64,000 nucleotides of DNA from an uncultured Chloroflexia bacterium (GTDB taxonomy: Bacteria > Chloroflexota > Limnocylindria > Limnocylindrales > CSP1-4). Positions within the stretch are counted from its first letter, which is position 1. The number at the start of each line of letters is the position of its first letter. Location: contig CAVQJC010000001.1 in the NCBI GenBank assembly GCA_963712745.1, positions 256,001 to 320,000 on the forward strand, in the 5' to 3' direction. The notes under the pieces are model-generated. The model ran no database searches and was not told the DNA's origin. It saw only the letters and a list, made by a program, of their open reading frames with translations. A program made the translations under genes and the position numbers. Shown piece by piece: positions 39,456-60,382 of the stretch.

Positions 39456-39641
39456 CTACCAACTCGACTTGGTGACGCCCGGCAGTTCGCCCAGCAGGGC
39501 ACGCTCCCGGAAGCAGATGCGGCAGAGCCCGAAACGACGCATGTATGCACGCGAGCGTCCGCAGACGAAACAGCGGTGGTAGGAGCGCACCGGGAAGCGC
39601 GGCTTGCGCTTCGCCTTGGCGATCATCGACTTCTTGGCCAT
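39456..39641 (-). CDS. rpsN: 30S ribosomal protein S14, type Z (zinc-binding)
   Basis: [22 protein letters not shown]. Confidence 0.96.
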   Translation of the reverse strand: MAKKSMIAKAKRKPRFPVRSYHRCFVCGRSRAYMRRFGLCRICFRERALLGELPGVTKSSW

Positions 39642-39652
39642 ACGGTCGCTCC

Positions 39653-40195
39653 TTAGTTCTCGAAGGGCATGCCGAGGAGAGCCAGCAGGCGCTGACCTTC
39701 CTCGTCGGTCTTGGCTGTGGTCACGACCGTCATCTCGAGACCCCGAAGGCGGTCGATCTTGTCGTAGTCGATCTCCGGGAACGCGAGCTGCTCACGCAGG
39801 CCCAGCGAGAAGTTGCCGCGACCGTCGAACGACTTGGTGGGCACGCCCCGGAAGTCCCGGATGCGGGGCAGGGCGAGTCGTGTCAGGCGCTCGAGGAAAT
39901 CCCACATGCGCTGGCCCCGCAGGGTGACCTTCACGCCGATGGTGTTGCCTTCGCGGATCTTGAACTGGGCGATCGACCGCTTGGCCTTGGTGATCACCGG
40001 CTTCTGGCCGGTGATGGTGGCCATGTCGGCCACGGCAGCCTCGACGGCCTTGGAGTTGGTCAGCGCTTCACCCAGGCCGATGTTGACGGTGATCTTGGTG
40101 AGGCGAGGCACCTCCATGGGGTTCTGGTACTCGAACTCCTTGACGAGCGCCGCGATGACCTCTTCCTCGTAGCGCTGGCGCAGTCCGCTACTCAC
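39653..40195 (-). CDS. rplE: 50S ribosomal protein L5
   Basis: [21 protein letters not shown]. Confidence 0.97.
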   Translation of the reverse strand: MSSGLRQRYEEEVIAALVKEFEYQNPMEVPRLTKITVNIGLGEALTNSKAVEAAVADMATITGQKPVITKAKRSIAQFKIREGNTIGVKVTLRGQRMWDFLERLTRLALPRIRDFRGVPTKSFDGRGNFSLGLREQLAFPEIDYDKIDRLRGLEMTVVTTAKTDEEGQRLLALLGMPFEN

Positions 40196-40656
40196 TAGTT
40201 GGCCTCCGTTCGGGTCACGGACTCGCCGCAGTGAGTGCAGATGCGGATGCTGCGGCCGTCGCCGGAGCGCTCGTGGCGCAGACGGGTCGGGCGCGAGCAG
40301 CGCGGACAGACGAGCATGACGTTGCTGATCGAGATGGGCTGGGGGATGTCCAGGATGCCGCCCTGCTGGATACGGGGCTGGCGCTCGGTCCGGCCCGCCA
40401 CCTGCCGCGGCTTGGTGTGCCGCTTGGCGATGTTGAGACCCTCGATGACCACGGCCGCGCCGGACAGCGGTGCCTTGTCCTGCCAGCCTGAGCCGAAACG
40501 CTCGGTCGAGCGGGCCCAGCCCTGCTGGTGGCGCAGCACCTTCTGGATGACACCACGCTTGCCGGCGTCCTTGCCCTTGAGCACGACCACCTCGTCACCG
40601 GAACGGAGGTCCGGGACGCGGGTATGGCGGCGGGGCTTGACGGAAGGGGCCATCAC
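40195..40656 (-). CDS. rplX: 50S ribosomal protein L24 (elongated)
   Basis: [43 protein letters not shown]. Confidence 0.93.
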   Translation of the reverse strand: MMAPSVKPRRHTRVPDLRSGDEVVVLKGKDAGKRGVIQKVLRHQQGWARSTERFGSGWQDKAPLSGAAVVIEGLNIAKRHTKPRQVAGRTERQPRIQQGGILDIPQPISISNVMLVCPRCSRPTRLRHERSGDGRSIRICTHCGESVTRTEAN

Positions 40657-41021
40657 AGCACCTCCGGCGCGAGCGAGATGATCTTCATGTAGTTGTGGTC
40701 GCGGAGCTCGCGCGCCACCGGGCCGAAGATGCGCGTGCCGCGCGGGTTGCCGTTGTTGTCGATGAGCACAGCCGCGTTCTCGTCGAAACGGATGTAGCTC
40801 CCGTCCGGGCGCCCGTATTCCTTGGCCGTGCGCACGATGACAGCCTTGACGATGTCACCCTTCTTGACCGCGGCGTTGGGGATGGCCTGCTTGACGGAAC
40901 CGACGATGACGTCTCCGACCCCGGCCGTAGGCTTCTGCGAGCGGCCCAGGATGCGGATGCACTCGACCGAGCGGGCACCGGTGTTGTCGGCCACCCGCAG
41001 GCGGCTGCTGGGCTGGATCAT
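40653..41021 (-). CDS. rplN: 50S ribosomal protein L14
   Basis: [26 protein letters not shown]. Confidence 0.97.
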   Translation of the reverse strand: MIQPSSRLRVADNTGARSVECIRILGRSQKPTAGVGDVIVGSVKQAIPNAAVKKGDIVKAVIVRTAKEYGRPDGSYIRFDENAAVLIDNNGNPRGTRIFGPVARELRDHNYMKIISLAPEVL

Positions 41022-41533
41022 GCGGAAGCCTCCTCGCCCTCGGGCGCCTCAGCGCTCCCCTCGGCTGGCGCCTCAGCGCTCTCCTCGGCTGGCGCCTCAG
41101 CGCTCTCCTCGGCTGGCGCCTCAGCGGCGGGCGAGGCCGCGGTCGCGACCGCGGCCTCGGTGGCGGTATCCGACTCGGTCTTGGCCCGGCCCGGGTGGGC
41201 GGCCATGTGGATGGCCTCGGCCGTCTCGGCCTCCTCGGAGACGATGGCCTCACCAGCGCCCAGGCCGGCCTTGGCTACGATCTCGGCGAGGCGCCAGCGC
41301 TTGGTGGCGGAGAGGGGGCGGGCCTCCTCGATGCGCACGGTATCGCCGACGTGGGCCTCGTTGCGCTCATCATGCGCCTTGAACTTGGTGGTCAGGCGGA
41401 TGACGCGCTTGTAGATGCGGTGGCGGGCAAGACGCTCGACGGAAACGACGATGGTCTTGTCCATCTTGTCGGAAACGACGCGGCCGACCTTGGCCTTGCG
41501 CTTTCCGCGCTGAGGTTCAGTGGCGGCGCTCAT
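41018..41533 (-). CDS. rpsQ: 30S ribosomal protein S17 with acidic C-terminal extension
   Basis: [28 protein letters not shown]. Confidence 0.95.
   Translation of the reverse strand: MSAATEPQRGKRKAKVGRVVSDKMDKTIVVSVERLARHRIYKRVIRLTTKFKAHDERNEAHVGDTVRIEEARPLSATKRWRLAEIVAKAGLGAGEAIVSEEAETAEAIHMAAHPGRAKTESDTATEAAVATAASPAAEAPAEESAEAPAEESAEAPAEGSAEAPEGEEASA
41043..41126. repeat. 24-bp tandem repeat, about 3.5 copies, encoding (AEAPAEES)n in the S17 tail
   Basis: ggcgcctcagcgctc(t/c)cctcggct at 41043, 41067, 41091 and partial at 41115. Confidence 0.92.
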
Positions 41534-41770
41534 CTATTCTCCTCCAGCAGCCGCGCCCGGGCCGCCTTCTGCGCCGTCGCCGAGCTTGCGCTCGGTCTGG
41601 ACGGTCAGCAGTCGGGCGATATCCTTGCGCGTCTGCGAGATCTGGCTGTAATCGGTCAGCTGGCGCGTGGCCAGCTGGAAACGCAGGTCGTAGAGATGGC
41701 GCCGTGCGGACTCCAGCTCCTCGGTAAGCTCCTGCTGCGAGAGGCTGCGGGCCTTAGCGATCTCCATCAT
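41534..41770 (-). CDS. rpmC: 50S ribosomal protein L29
   Basis: [13 protein letters not shown]...RKDIARLLT; ATG 41770/41767. Confidence 0.93.
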   Translation of the reverse strand: MMEIAKARSLSQQELTEELESARRHLYDLRFQLATRQLTDYSQISQTRKDIARLLTVQTERKLGDGAEGGPGAAAGGE

Positions 41771-42182
41771 GGACCCCCTCCCTGACCAGGACCTTGACGC
41801 TGGTGGGCAGCTTGTGGCTGGCCAGGCGCATGGCTTCGACGGCGTCGTCGTGGGGGACGCCGGCCATCTCGAACAGGATGCGGCCAGGCTTGACGACGGC
41901 GACCCAGTGGTCGGCGGCACCCTTGCCCTTGCCCATGCGCACCTCGGCCGGCTTCTTGGTGACCGGCTTGTCGGGGAAGATGCGGATCCAGATCTTGCCG
42001 CCACGGCGGACGTAGCGGGTCATGGCACGACGAGCGGCCTCGATCTGGCGGCTGGTGATATAGCCGGGCTCCTCGGTCATCAGCGCATAGTCGCCGAAGG
42101 CGATGGTCGAACCACCCTTGGCGATGCCGCTCATGCGGCCACGCTGCTGCTTGCGGTGCTTGACGCGACGGGGCATCAACAT
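41754..42182 (-). CDS. rplP: 50S ribosomal protein L16
   Basis: [18 protein letters not shown]. Confidence 0.97.
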   Translation of the reverse strand: MLMPRRVKHRKQQRGRMSGIAKGGSTIAFGDYALMTEEPGYITSRQIEAARRAMTRYVRRGGKIWIRIFPDKPVTKKPAEVRMGKGKGAADHWVAVVKPGRILFEMAGVPHDDAVEAMRLASHKLPTSVKVLVREGVHDGDR

Positions 42183-42185
42183 GGT

Positions 42186-42857
42186 CTAGGCCCCTCCCCC
42201 GGCCGCGACGGCCTCGTTCGGCGCAGTCTTCTCGGGGATGATGTCGCCGCGGTAGATCCAGACCTTGACGCCGATGGCGCCGTAGGTGGTGCGCGAGAGG
42301 ACCTGGCCGTAGCTGATGTCAGCGCGCAGCGTGCCCAGCGGGATACGGCCTTCCTTGTCCCACTCGCGGCGGGCCATCTCGGAACCGCCGAGGCGACCGG
42401 AGACCTGGACCTTCACGCCCTTGGCGCCGGCCTTCATGGTGCGCTGGATGGACTGCTTGATGGCCTTGCGGAAGGCGATGCGGCGGGTGAGCTGCTGGGC
42501 GATGTTGGTCGCCACCAGCACGCCGTCGAGCTCCGGCTGGCGGATCTCGCGGATCTCCAGCTTGACCTTGCGGTCGGTGAGCTTGCCCACGGCCTGGCGC
42601 AGCAATTCCACGTTGGCCCCGCCCTTGCCGATGACGATGCCCGGCTTGGCGGTGTGGACCGTCACGGTCACGTGGTTGATGCCTCGCTCGATCTCGACCA
42701 GCGAGACGCTGGCGTTGGCCAGTCGCTTCTGCACGAGCGTACGGATGGAGATGTCCTCACGCAGCAGGTCGGTGTATTCCTTGTCCGAATACCACTTGGC
42801 GTTCCAGGTGCGCGAGACGCCCAGCCGGAAGCCGTTGGGGTGGACCTTGTGTCCCAT
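42186..42857 (-). CDS. rpsC: 30S ribosomal protein S3
   Basis: [27 protein letters not shown]. Confidence 0.97.
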   Translation of the reverse strand: MGHKVHPNGFRLGVSRTWNAKWYSDKEYTDLLREDISIRTLVQKRLANASVSLVEIERGINHVTVTVHTAKPGIVIGKGGANVELLRQAVGKLTDRKVKLEIREIRQPELDGVLVATNIAQQLTRRIAFRKAIKQSIQRTMKAGAKGVKVQVSGRLGGSEMARREWDKEGRIPLGTLRADISYGQVLSRTTYGAIGVKVWIYRGDIIPEKTAPNEAVAAGGGA

Positions 42858-42859
42858 GC

Positions 42860-43198
42860 CTAGGCCTCCCGGTTCTCGACCACGACCGTCACGTGGGTCA
42901 TGGGCTTGTTGATGGGGAATGCACGCCCTTGGGCGCGTGGTCGCCAGCGCTTGATGGTGGGTCCCTCGTTGGCAGTGGCCTCCGCGACGATGAGCTCATC
43001 GGCGGGGAGGTCATGGTTGTTCTCGGCGTTGGCCGTGGCGCTCTTGAGCACCTTGGCCACGTCGCGGGCGGCGCCCTGCGGCATGAACTGCAGGAGGGCG
43101 GCAGCCTCTTCCACGGGGCGCCCGACGATGGCCTGCGTGACCAGCCGGGTCTTGCGCGTGGAGCGGCGGAGGTACTTGGCGGTAGCAGAAACTCGCAT
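42860..43198 (-). CDS. rplV: 50S ribosomal protein L22
   Basis: [16 protein letters not shown]. Confidence 0.96.
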   Translation of the reverse strand: MRVSATAKYLRRSTRKTRLVTQAIVGRPVEEAAALLQFMPQGAARDVAKVLKSATANAENNHDLPADELIVAEATANEGPTIKRWRPRAQGRAFPINKPMTHVTVVVENREA

Positions 43199-43206
43199 CG
43201 GGGCTC

Positions 43207-43491
43207 CTACTTCAGCGACGTCGACCGCTCGGTGTGTCGCCCGTGACCGCGGTAGTTGCGGGTGGGGGCGAACTCACCGAGCCGGTGGCCGACCATGTTT
43301 TCCGAGATGAAGATCGGAATGTGCTTGCGGCCGTTGTAGACCGCGACGGTGTGACCGATGAAGTCGGGGAAGATGACGCTGGCACGCGACCAGGTCTTCA
43401 ACACCTGCTTCTCGTTGTTCTTGTTCATCGTCTGCACGCGGGCCAGGAGCCGCTGCTCGACGTACGGACCCTTCTTCAGGGAACGTGACAT
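43207..43491 (-). CDS. rpsS: 30S ribosomal protein S19
   Basis: [22 protein letters not shown]. Confidence 0.97.
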   Translation of the reverse strand: MSRSLKKGPYVEQRLLARVQTMNKNNEKQVLKTWSRASVIFPDFIGHTVAVYNGRKHIPIFISENMVGHRLGEFAPTRNYRGHGRHTERSTSLK

Positions 43492-43506
43492 GACGCTCCT
43501 CCTTGC

Positions 43507-44334
43507 CTAGCGGCGATGACGGGAGGTCGCGATGAGCCTCCCCGACTTCTTGTTGCGACGGGTGCGGTGACCCATGGCCGGCTGACCCCAGGGGGTCTTG
43601 GGCGGCATGCCCGTGGGTGACTTGCCCTCGCCACCACCATGGGGATGGTCCCTGGGATTCATGACCACGCCGCGGACCTCAGGCCGCCTGCCCATGTGGC
43701 GGGCGCGACCGGCCTTGCCCAGGCTCTGGTTCTCGTGGTCGATGTTGCCCACCTGGCCGACCGTGGCCATGCAGCGCATGTCCACGCGGCGGACCTCACC
43801 GGAGGGCAGGCGCACCAGGGCGTACTGGCCCTCCTTGGCCATCAGCTGCGCCGAGGTACCGGCGGAGCGGACGATCTGGCCACCCTTGCCGGGGACGAGC
43901 TCGATATTGTGGATCTGCGTGCCCAGCGGGATAGCCTTGAGCGGCAGGGCGTTGCCCACGCGCGCCTCGGCCTTGGTGCCGGCCACGACCACGTCGCCGA
44001 CCCTGAGGCCGTTGGGCACCAGGATGTACCGCTTCTCGCCGTCGGCGTAGTGCAGCAGGCCGATGCGGGCCGAGCGGTTGGGGTCGTACTCGACGGTCGC
44101 GAGTCGCGCGGGGACATCCCACTTGTCGCGTCGGAAGTCGATGCGGCGGTAGTTGCGCTTGGCGCCGCCGCCGCGATGACGCACGGTCATGCGGCCCTGG
44201 GAGTTGCGGCCGGAGCCGCGCTTCTTGGACTCGACCAGCGGCTTGTAGGGCTTGTCGGTGGTGATCTCCTCGAAGGTCGACCGCGTCATGAAGCGGCGAC
44301 CGGGGGAGGTTGGCTTGTAGCCTCGGATGGGCAT
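43507..44334 (-). CDS. rplB: 50S ribosomal protein L2
   Basis: [20 protein letters not shown]; ATG 44334. Confidence 0.97.
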   Translation of the reverse strand: MPIRGYKPTSPGRRFMTRSTFEEITTDKPYKPLVESKKRGSGRNSQGRMTVRHRGGGAKRNYRRIDFRRDKWDVPARLATVEYDPNRSARIGLLHYADGEKRYILVPNGLRVGDVVVAGTKAEARVGNALPLKAIPLGTQIHNIELVPGKGGQIVRSAGTSAQLMAKEGQYALVRLPSGEVRRVDMRCMATVGQVGNIDHENQSLGKAGRARHMGRRPEVRGVVMNPRDHPHGGGEGKSPTGMPPKTPWGQPAMGHRTRRNKKSGRLIATSRHRR

Positions 44335-44336
44335 CG

Positions 44337-44639
44337 TCAGACTCCCTCGAAGAACTCGATCGAGTCGCCGGCCTTGACGGTCACGACGGCCTTCTTCCAG
44401 GGTGACGTGAAGCCGACCTGGCGCCCGCGACGACGGTTGCGGGACTTCTCCTTGCGCTTCGTGGTCATCACGTTGACGTTGAGCACGGTGACCTTGAAGA
44501 GCTCCTCGACGGCTGCCTTGATCTGCAGCTTGTTGGCCTCGTCGGCGACTGCGAAGGTGTACTTGTTGACGGTCGACTGGTCCATCGATTTCTCGCTGAT
44601 GACCGGTCGCAGGATGATCTGCGTCGCTACGAGCGTCAT
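44337..44639 (-). CDS. rplW: 50S ribosomal protein L23
   Basis: [24 protein letters not shown]. Confidence 0.96.
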   Translation of the reverse strand: MTLVATQIILRPVISEKSMDQSTVNKYTFAVADEANKLQIKAAVEELFKVTVLNVNVMTTKRKEKSRNRRRGRQVGFTSPWKKAVVTVKAGDSIEFFEGV

Positions 44640-45259
44640 GCGTACACCTCCGACATGGTGGCGATGGAGGGCTTGGTGATGACGATCGCATCCGCGTCGA
44701 CGACATCGACGATGTTGAGCGAGTCCGAGCGGATGACCACGAGGTTGGGCACGTTGCGAGCCGAGAGCTCGAGCGCCTCGTTCTTGCCGTCCTCTACCAC
44801 GAGCACCTTGCCGGCGGCCTGAAGCGCGGCCAGGTGGCCCAGCAGCTGCTTGGTCTTGATGTCGTCGAGGGAGAGGTCGTTGACGACCTTGATCACGCCG
44901 TCGTCGAACTTGCTCGTGAGTGCACCCACCAGCGCGAGGCGGCGCATGCGCTTGGGCAGGCGCTTGTCGTACTTGCGCGGGCTGGGGCCGAAGACCACGC
45001 CGCCGCCCTTGTAGTGGGGCGCAGAGCGAGTGCCCTGGCGGGCCCTGCCGGTGCCCTTCTGACGATAGGGCTTGCGGCCGCCGCCGCGAACCTCGGCGCG
45101 GGTCTTGACCTTGGCCGTGCCCAGGCGCCGGCCGGCCATCTGGGCCACCACCGCCTGGTGCATGACCGCCGTGTTGACGGGAGCCGCGAACAGCGCGTCC
45201 GGCAGGTCGATGGTGCCGGCCTCCGAGCCGGTCTTGTCGAAGAGAGGTGTCGTTGGCAT
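44636..45259 (-). CDS. rplD: 50S ribosomal protein L4
   Basis: [18 protein letters not shown]. Confidence 0.97.
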   Translation of the reverse strand: MPTTPLFDKTGSEAGTIDLPDALFAAPVNTAVMHQAVVAQMAGRRLGTAKVKTRAEVRGGGRKPYRQKGTGRARQGTRSAPHYKGGGVVFGPSPRKYDKRLPKRMRRLALVGALTSKFDDGVIKVVNDLSLDDIKTKQLLGHLAALQAAGKVLVVEDGKNEALELSARNVPNLVVIRSDSLNIVDVVDADAIVITKPSIATMSEVYA

Positions 45260-45261
45260 GG

Positions 45262-45870
45262 CTATGCCTTCCTGACCACGACGAGCGCGTTGCGGGGACC
45301 GGGGACCGGGCCCTTGACGAGCAGCAGGTTGCGCTCGCTGTCGGTGCGCACGATGGTGGCGTTCTTGACCGTGACCCGCTCGTGGCCCATGTGGCCCGCC
45401 ATGGGGGAGCCGCGGAAGACCTTGCCCGGGTAGGTGCCGCCGCCGATGGAGCCGGGAGCTCGATGCGAGTCGGAGCCGTGTGTCTCCGGCCCGCGACGGA
45501 AGTGGTGACGCTTGATGGTGCCGGCGAAGCCCTTGCCCTTGGAGGTGCCCGTCACGGCCACGGACTCGCCGGCCTCGAAGATGCTGACGTCGAGGGTCTG
45601 GCCGATCTCGTAGTCGGCTACGTCGTCGACGCGGAACTCGCGCACGTCCCGCACCCGGGGCAGGTCCTTGAGCTGGCCCGCGCGAGGCTTGGTCGTGCGA
45701 CGAGCGGTGCCGGCGCCGACCTGGACGGCGGTATAGCCGTCGCGCTCGAGCGTGCGCAGCTCCGTCACGGTGTTGGGCTCGACGGCCACCACGGAGACCG
45801 GCACCATCGTGCCGTCCTCCGCGAAGATTTGTGTCATTCCGACCTTGCGGCCGATCAGTCCGATACTCAT
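45262..45870 (-). CDS. rplC: 50S ribosomal protein L3
   Basis: [24 protein letters not shown]. Confidence 0.97.
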   Translation of the reverse strand: MSIGLIGRKVGMTQIFAEDGTMVPVSVVAVEPNTVTELRTLERDGYTAVQVGAGTARRTTKPRAGQLKDLPRVRDVREFRVDDVADYEIGQTLDVSIFEAGESVAVTGTSKGKGFAGTIKRHHFRRGPETHGSDSHRAPGSIGGGTYPGKVFRGSPMAGHMGHERVTVKNATIVRTDSERNLLLVKGPVPGPRNALVVVRKA

Positions 45871-46178
45871 CACATCCTGATCTCGATATCGACGCCGGCG
45901 GCCAGCGACAGGCGCATCAGCGCGTCAACGGTCTTCGAGGACGGGTCCAGGATGTCGATGAGCCGCTTATGTGTGCGGATCTCGAACTGCTCCCGGCTGT
46001 CCTTGTCGATGAACGGGGACCGCAGGACCGTGAACTTCTCGATACGGGTCGGCAGCGGCACCGGGCCAACGACCTCGGCACCGGTGCGCTGGGCCGTCTC
46101 CACGATCTGGAGCGCGGACTGATCCAGCAGCCGGTGATCGTATGCCTTCAGGCGGATCCGGATCCGCTGCCGTGCCAC
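45870..46178 (-). CDS. rpsJ: 30S ribosomal protein S10
   Basis: [28 protein letters not shown]. Confidence 0.97.
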   Translation of the reverse strand: MARQRIRIRLKAYDHRLLDQSALQIVETAQRTGAEVVGPVPLPTRIEKFTVLRSPFIDKDSREQFEIRTHKRLIDILDPSSKTVDALMRLSLAAGVDIEIRM

Positions 46179-46180
46179 CC

Positions 46181-47378
<1,198 letters not shown>

Positions 47379-47467
47379 TGCCGTCGTCGTCCTCTGCTAC
47401 GTCCTTGACTGCTGATCTGCTGATCGCTGCTTGGGCTTGAATCTGTGGTTGGTGTGGTGGTTACCGG

Positions 47468-49540
47468 CTATGTCGTCGACTTCTGGACCAGCTCCTGGGC
47501 GATGGCCTTGGGAACCTCGGCGTAGTGCGAGAACTCCATCGAGGAGGTCGCGCGTCCCTGGGTCATGCTGCGAAGGTCGGTCACGTAGCCGAACATCGAG
47601 GCCAGCGGTACGAAGGCGCTGACCACCTGCGTGCCGTTGCGGTTGTCCATCCCTTCGATGTGACCGCGGCGGCTGTTCAGATCGCCGATGACGTCGCCCA
47701 TGAACTCCTCGGGCATCACGACCTCGACGCGCATGACCGGTTCGAGGATGGCCGGGTTGGCCTTCTGGACGGCGGCCTTGGCGGCCATCGAACCGGCGAT
47801 CTTGAACGCCATCTCCGAGGAGTCCACCTCGTGGGTGGAGCCGTCGAAGAGGGTGGCCTTGACATCCACCATGGGGAAGCCGGCGTAGACGCCGGTCTCG
47901 AGGGCTTCGCGGATGCCGGCGTCCACGGCCTTGATGTACTCGCGCGGGATGACCCCGCCCACGATCTTGTCCACGAACTCGTAGCCGCTGCCCTTCTCGC
48001 CCGGCCCCAGCCTGATGATGGCGTGGCCGTACTGGCCCCGCCCACCGGTCTGGCGCACGAAGCGGCCGTTGCCCTCCGCCTCGCGGCGGATGGTCTCGCG
48101 GTAGGAGACCTGCGGCTTGCCGACGTTGGCGGCGACCTTGAACTCGCGCACCATGCGGTCCACCAACACGTCCAGGTGCAGCTCGCCCATGCCTGCGATG
48201 AGGGTCTGGCCCGACTCTTCGTCGTTGTGCACCCGGAAGGTGGGGTCCTCCTCGGCCAGCCGCTGCAGGGCTACGGCCAGCTTGTCCTGGTCGGCCTTGG
48301 TCTTGGGCTCGATGGCGACCTCGATGACCGGCTCCGGGAACGTCATCGACTCGAGGATCACGGGGTGGTCGAGGTCGGTCAGGGTGTCGCCGGTGAAGGT
48401 GTCCTTGAGGCCCACGGCGGCGGCGATGTCGCCGGCCCCGACCTCGTCGATGTCCTCCCGCGAGTTGGCGTGGAGCTCGACGATACGGCCGATGCGTTCC
48501 TTCTTGCCCTTGCTCGCGTTGTAGACGTAGGAGCCGGTCTTGAGCTTGCCGCTGTAGACGCGGAAGAAGGCCAGCTTGCCTACGAACGGGTCGGCCGCGA
48601 TCTTGAAGGCGAGAGCCGCGAAGGGCTCTTTCTCATCGACCGCTCGGACGACCTCATTGCCGTCGGGGTCAATGCCGGTGATGGGTGGCACGTCCAGCGG
48701 CGAAGGGAGGTAGTGCACGACCGCGTCGAGCATGGGCTGCACGCCCTTGTTCTTGAGAGCGCTGCCGGTGAGCACCGGGACCACGCGGTTCTGCAGCGTG
48801 CCCAGGCGCAGGCCGTGGCGGATCTCCTGGGGCGTGAGCTCCTCACCCTCGAGGAACTTCATGGTCAGCTCGTCATCGACCTCGGCCACGGCCTCGATCA
48901 TGGTGGCACGGTGCGTCTCGGCCTCTGCCAACAGGTCCGCCGGGATGTCGGTGACCTCAGGCTTGGCGCCGAGATCGTCGCGGTAGATGATGGCGTTCAT
49001 CTCGATGAGGTCGACCACGCCCTGGAACTGCCCTTCCTGGCCGATGGGGATCTGGATGGGTACGGCGTTGGCGCCGAGGCGGTCCTTGATCGAGTCGACG
49101 CAGCGCCAGAAGTCGGCGCCGGTGCGGTCGAGCTTGTTGATGAAGCAGAAGCGCGGCACACCGTAGCGGTCAGCCTGGCGCCAGACCGTCTCCGACTGGG
49201 GCTCCACGCCGGCCACGCCGTCGAAGACGACGACCGCGCCGTCGAGCACTCGCAGGCTCCGCTCGACCTCGACGGTGAAGTCCACGTGTCCGGGCGTATC
49301 GATGATGTTGATGCGCGTGTTGTTCCAGAAGCAGGTCGTGGCCGCGGCCGTGATGGTGATGCCGCGTTCCTGTTCCTGGGGCATCCAGTCCATCGTGGCC
49401 GCGCCCTCGTGGACCTCACCGATCTTGTAGATCTTGTCCGTGTAGAACAGGATCCGCTCAGTCACGGTCGTCTTGCCGGCGTCGATATGCGCGATGATGC
49501 CGATGTTCCGCGTGCGAGCAAGCGGGAACTTCCGTGACAT
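47468..49540 (-). CDS. fusA: elongation factor G
   Basis: [30 protein letters not shown]; ATG 49540. Confidence 0.97.
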   Translation of the reverse strand: MSRKFPLARTRNIGIIAHIDAGKTTVTERILFYTDKIYKIGEVHEGAATMDWMPQEQERGITITAAATTCFWNNTRINIIDTPGHVDFTVEVERSLRVLDGAVVVFDGVAGVEPQSETVWRQADRYGVPRFCFINKLDRTGADFWRCVDSIKDRLGANAVPIQIPIGQEGQFQGVVDLIEMNAIIYRDDLGAKPEVTDIPADLLAEAETHRATMIEAVAEVDDELTMKFLEGEELTPQEIRHGLRLGTLQNRVVPVLTGSALKNKGVQPMLDAVVHYLPSPLDVPPITGIDPDGNEVVRAVDEKEPFAALAFKIAADPFVGKLAFFRVYSGKLKTGSYVYNASKGKKERIGRIVELHANSREDIDEVGAGDIAAAVGLKDTFTGDTLTDLDHPVILESMTFPEPVIEVAIEPKTKADQDKLAVALQRLAEEDPTFRVHNDEESGQTLIAGMGELHLDVLVDRMVREFKVAANVGKPQVSYRETIRREAEGNGRFVRQTGGRGQYGHAIIRLGPGEKGSGYEFVDKIVGGVIPREYIKAVDAGIREALETGVYAGFPMVDVKATLFDGSTHEVDSSEMAFKIAGSMAAKAAVQKANPAILEPVMRVEVVMPEEFMGDVIGDLNSRRGHIEGMDNRNGTQVVSAFVPLASMFGYVTDLRSMTQGRATSSMEFSHYAEVPKAIAQELVQKSTT

Positions 49541-49574
49541 CGTGTCGGTGGTCCTCGTTAGATCGGTGGTCCGC

Positions 49575-50038
49575 TTACCAGCGGAAGTGGCTGAAGGCCT
49601 TGTTGGCGTCGGCCATCTTGTGGGTGTCCTCGCGCCGCTTGACGGCGGCACCGAGTCCGTTCATGGCGTCCACCAGCTCGAAGGCCAGCTTCTCGCTCAT
49701 GGACTTGCCGCTGCGCTTGCGCGCAGCCTGGACCAGCCAGCGCACGCCGAGGCTGGTGCGGCGGTCGCCACGGATCTCGACGGGCACCTGGTAGGTGGCG
49801 CCACCGACGCGGCGGGGCTTGACCTCGATGATGGGCGTGGCGTTGCGCAGGGCGGCATCGAGCACCTCCAGCCCGGGCCGGCCGGCCGAAGCCTCGGCTC
49901 GGGCCAGCGCCTGGCGCAGGATCTTCTCGGCCAGGCCCTTCTTGCCGTCCTTCATCAGCTTCACGACGAAGCGGTCCGTCGTACGCGAGAGCGGCGGCGA
50001 GTACTTGACCTTGCGCGGGATCTGAGCACGTCGGGGCA

Positions 50039-50039
<1 letters not shown>
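49575..50039 (-). CDS. rpsG: 30S ribosomal protein S7
   Basis: [30 protein letters not shown]. Confidence 0.96.
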
Positions 50040-50452
<413 letters not shown>

Positions 50453-50679
50453 GGAGTCTTCGTCTCCCCTATCGATGTGCGTCGTGGTGACGCGGTGTCG
50501 GGGCGCGCACGGAGCGCACGGTCCCCTGTCTCGGCTATCTGGGTCTGGTATGGCGGCTTCTGGGTCTCCCCGGGTGCGGCCCGCTGTGGGGCCTCCTCGC
50601 GGGGTGGCCGCCTGGCGTGCTCATCGGCCCACGGGCCGCGCGCACAGAACCGACACGGCTGTTGCAGCCGCGACCGCGA

Positions 50680-50708
50680 AGTCTAGCAGTGGGCCGCGAG
50701 ACCGTCAA
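50680..50708 (-). promoter_or_regulatory. sigma70-type promoter of the str (rpsL) operon
   Basis: TTGACG-N17-TAGACT with TG extension. Confidence 0.75.
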
Positions 50709-50738
50709 CGACGTGACGGCCCGGCGGCCCCTAAGCCG

Positions 50739-55337
<4,599 letters not shown>

Positions 55338-55424
55338 CGTTCTCCTTCAGCCGCGCCGTCGATGAGCGGTGCGGGATGCGCGGGTGGCCCGGAGGGAGGC
55401 TCCGGACCGGTGGCCCAGGGGTGG

Positions 55425-58892
<3,468 letters not shown>

Positions 58893-58986
58893 GGGGCACT
58901 CCTGGCCTCAGGGAGAGGCGATCAAGGCACGGGAATCCGACCACATGGGTCGTTGAAAAGAAAAGGGCCGCGCTCACCGACCGCGT

Positions 58987-59015
58987 ATGGTATCGCGTGT
59001 TCCGCGAAACGTCAA
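58987..59015 (-). promoter_or_regulatory. sigma70-type promoter of rpoBC
   Basis: TTGACG-N17-TACCAT. Confidence 0.75.
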
Positions 59016-59033
59016 CAGCGTCCGGACATGGCA

Positions 59034-59063
59034 GATGGGGGAGGCCCGGAGGCCACCCCCATC
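59034..59063 (-). terminator. GC-rich hairpin after rplL (possible terminator without U-tract)
   Basis: gatggggg-a-ggcc-cgga-ggcc-a-cccccatc. Confidence 0.45.
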
Positions 59064-59081
59064 GTTGGGCAGCGAGGGTGG

Positions 59082-59471
59082 CTACTTGACTTCGACCTTG
59101 GCGCCCTGCTCTTCGAGGGCAGCCTTGATCTTCTCGGCCTCCTCCTTGTCCACGCCCTCCTTCACGGCCTTGGGCGCAGCGTCGACGAGGTCCTTGGCCT
59201 CCTTGAGGCCGAGGCCGGTCAGCTCGCGCACGACCTTGATGACGGGGATCTTGTTGGGGCCGATCTCGGTCAGCACGGCCTCGAACTCGGTCTGCTCGGC
59301 GGCGGCCTCGCCGCCGGCGTCGGCAGCGGGGGCAGCCGCGACCGCGACCGCGGCCGGGGCTGCGGCGGTGACGCCGTAGCGCTCCTCGAAGGCCTTGATG
59401 AACTCGGACAGCTCGAGGACGGTCATGCCGTCGATGGCTTCGAGGATGTCGTCCTGGGAAAGCTTGGCCAT
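59082..59471 (-). CDS. rplL: 50S ribosomal protein L7/L12
   Basis: [19 protein letters not shown]. Confidence 0.97.
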   Translation of the reverse strand: MAKLSQDDILEAIDGMTVLELSEFIKAFEERYGVTAAAPAAVAVAAAPAADAGGEAAAEQTEFEAVLTEIGPNKIPVIKVVRELTGLGLKEAKDLVDAAPKAVKEGVDKEEAEKIKAALEEQGAKVEVK

Positions 59472-59527
59472 AGGGGTGTCGTTCCTTCCGTTAGCTGGTG
59501 GTGGGACTGATCGTCAGTGGGTGAGTG

Positions 59528-60055
59528 CTAGGCCGCTTCGGCGGCTTCGCGCTGCTCTCTGAGCTGCGCCAGGCCGTAGCCAAGATTGCGCAGCGGCGCA
59601 GCGAGCAGGCTGGCCATCGTGCTCAGCGGCGAGGCCATGCCACCGGCCAGCTGGGCCAGCAGGGCCTCGCGACCGGGGAGCTTGGCCAGCGCGGCCACAG
59701 CAGCGGCGTCGACCGTCTCGCCGTTGATGGCGGCGCCACGGATCTCGACGTTGAAGGGCTTGGTGGCATCCAGCAGGCTCTTGGCCAGCGAGGCCTCGTC
59801 CTGGCCGCCGATGGCGATGGCGCTGGGGCCGGTGAGGAGCGGGATGAGCTCCTCGCGGCCGGCTTGCTCGGCAGCGATCTTGGCCAGGCGGTTCTTGATG
59901 ACCCGGTACTGGATGTCCTTCGCGCGCAGCTCTCGGCGCACCTTCAGCAGGTCAGCCACGGACAGGCCTCGATGGTCGGAGACGATGGTGGTGTCCGCCT
60001 CCTTGAGGAGCTCTGCGAGCTCCGCCACGGCAGCCTGCTTGGCTTCTGTGGGCAT
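59528..60055 (-). CDS. rplJ: 50S ribosomal protein L10
   Basis: HRGLSV, VIKNRL, LAKLPGRE; AAAGGAGG before ATG 60055. Confidence 0.96.
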   Translation of the reverse strand: MPTEAKQAAVAELAELLKEADTTIVSDHRGLSVADLLKVRRELRAKDIQYRVIKNRLAKIAAEQAGREELIPLLTGPSAIAIGGQDEASLAKSLLDATKPFNVEIRGAAINGETVDAAAVAALAKLPGREALLAQLAGGMASPLSTMASLLAAPLRNLGYGLAQLREQREAAEAA

Positions 60056-60172
60056 GTAACCTCCTTTGCTGGGTTGGGCGCGCCGGCGCGACCACCCCTG
60101 TGTGTCCCGCACAGGAGCGTCAGTCGCTGCGACATGCAGCACCCGGAACCCGTGAGGTCCGGTTCGACACCT

Positions 60173-60307
60173 GCCTTGGCGTGCCCGTCGGCGTCCCCGC
60201 GCTTGGCGGTCCGGTCGACGATTTCGGTCCGGTCCGGCGCTCCACGATCATCGTGGCGCGCGGCACGGGAGCCTTTCGGCCCCCTCGGACGCATCGCTGT
60301 CTCTGGC
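60173..60307 (-). ncRNA. L10 leader (rplJL autoregulatory RNA), expanded
   Basis: Minus strand GCC-AGAGACA-GCG...CGC-CAA-GGC flanking pattern as in L10 leaders, within the ~330-nt rplA-rplJ gap. Confidence 0.6.
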
Positions 60308-60382
60308 GGAACGGCTCTTCGTTTCGACGGGAAGCGCCCCGTCAACGCTGTGGTTGGATGCGGGCCCGAGGCCCGACAGCTC

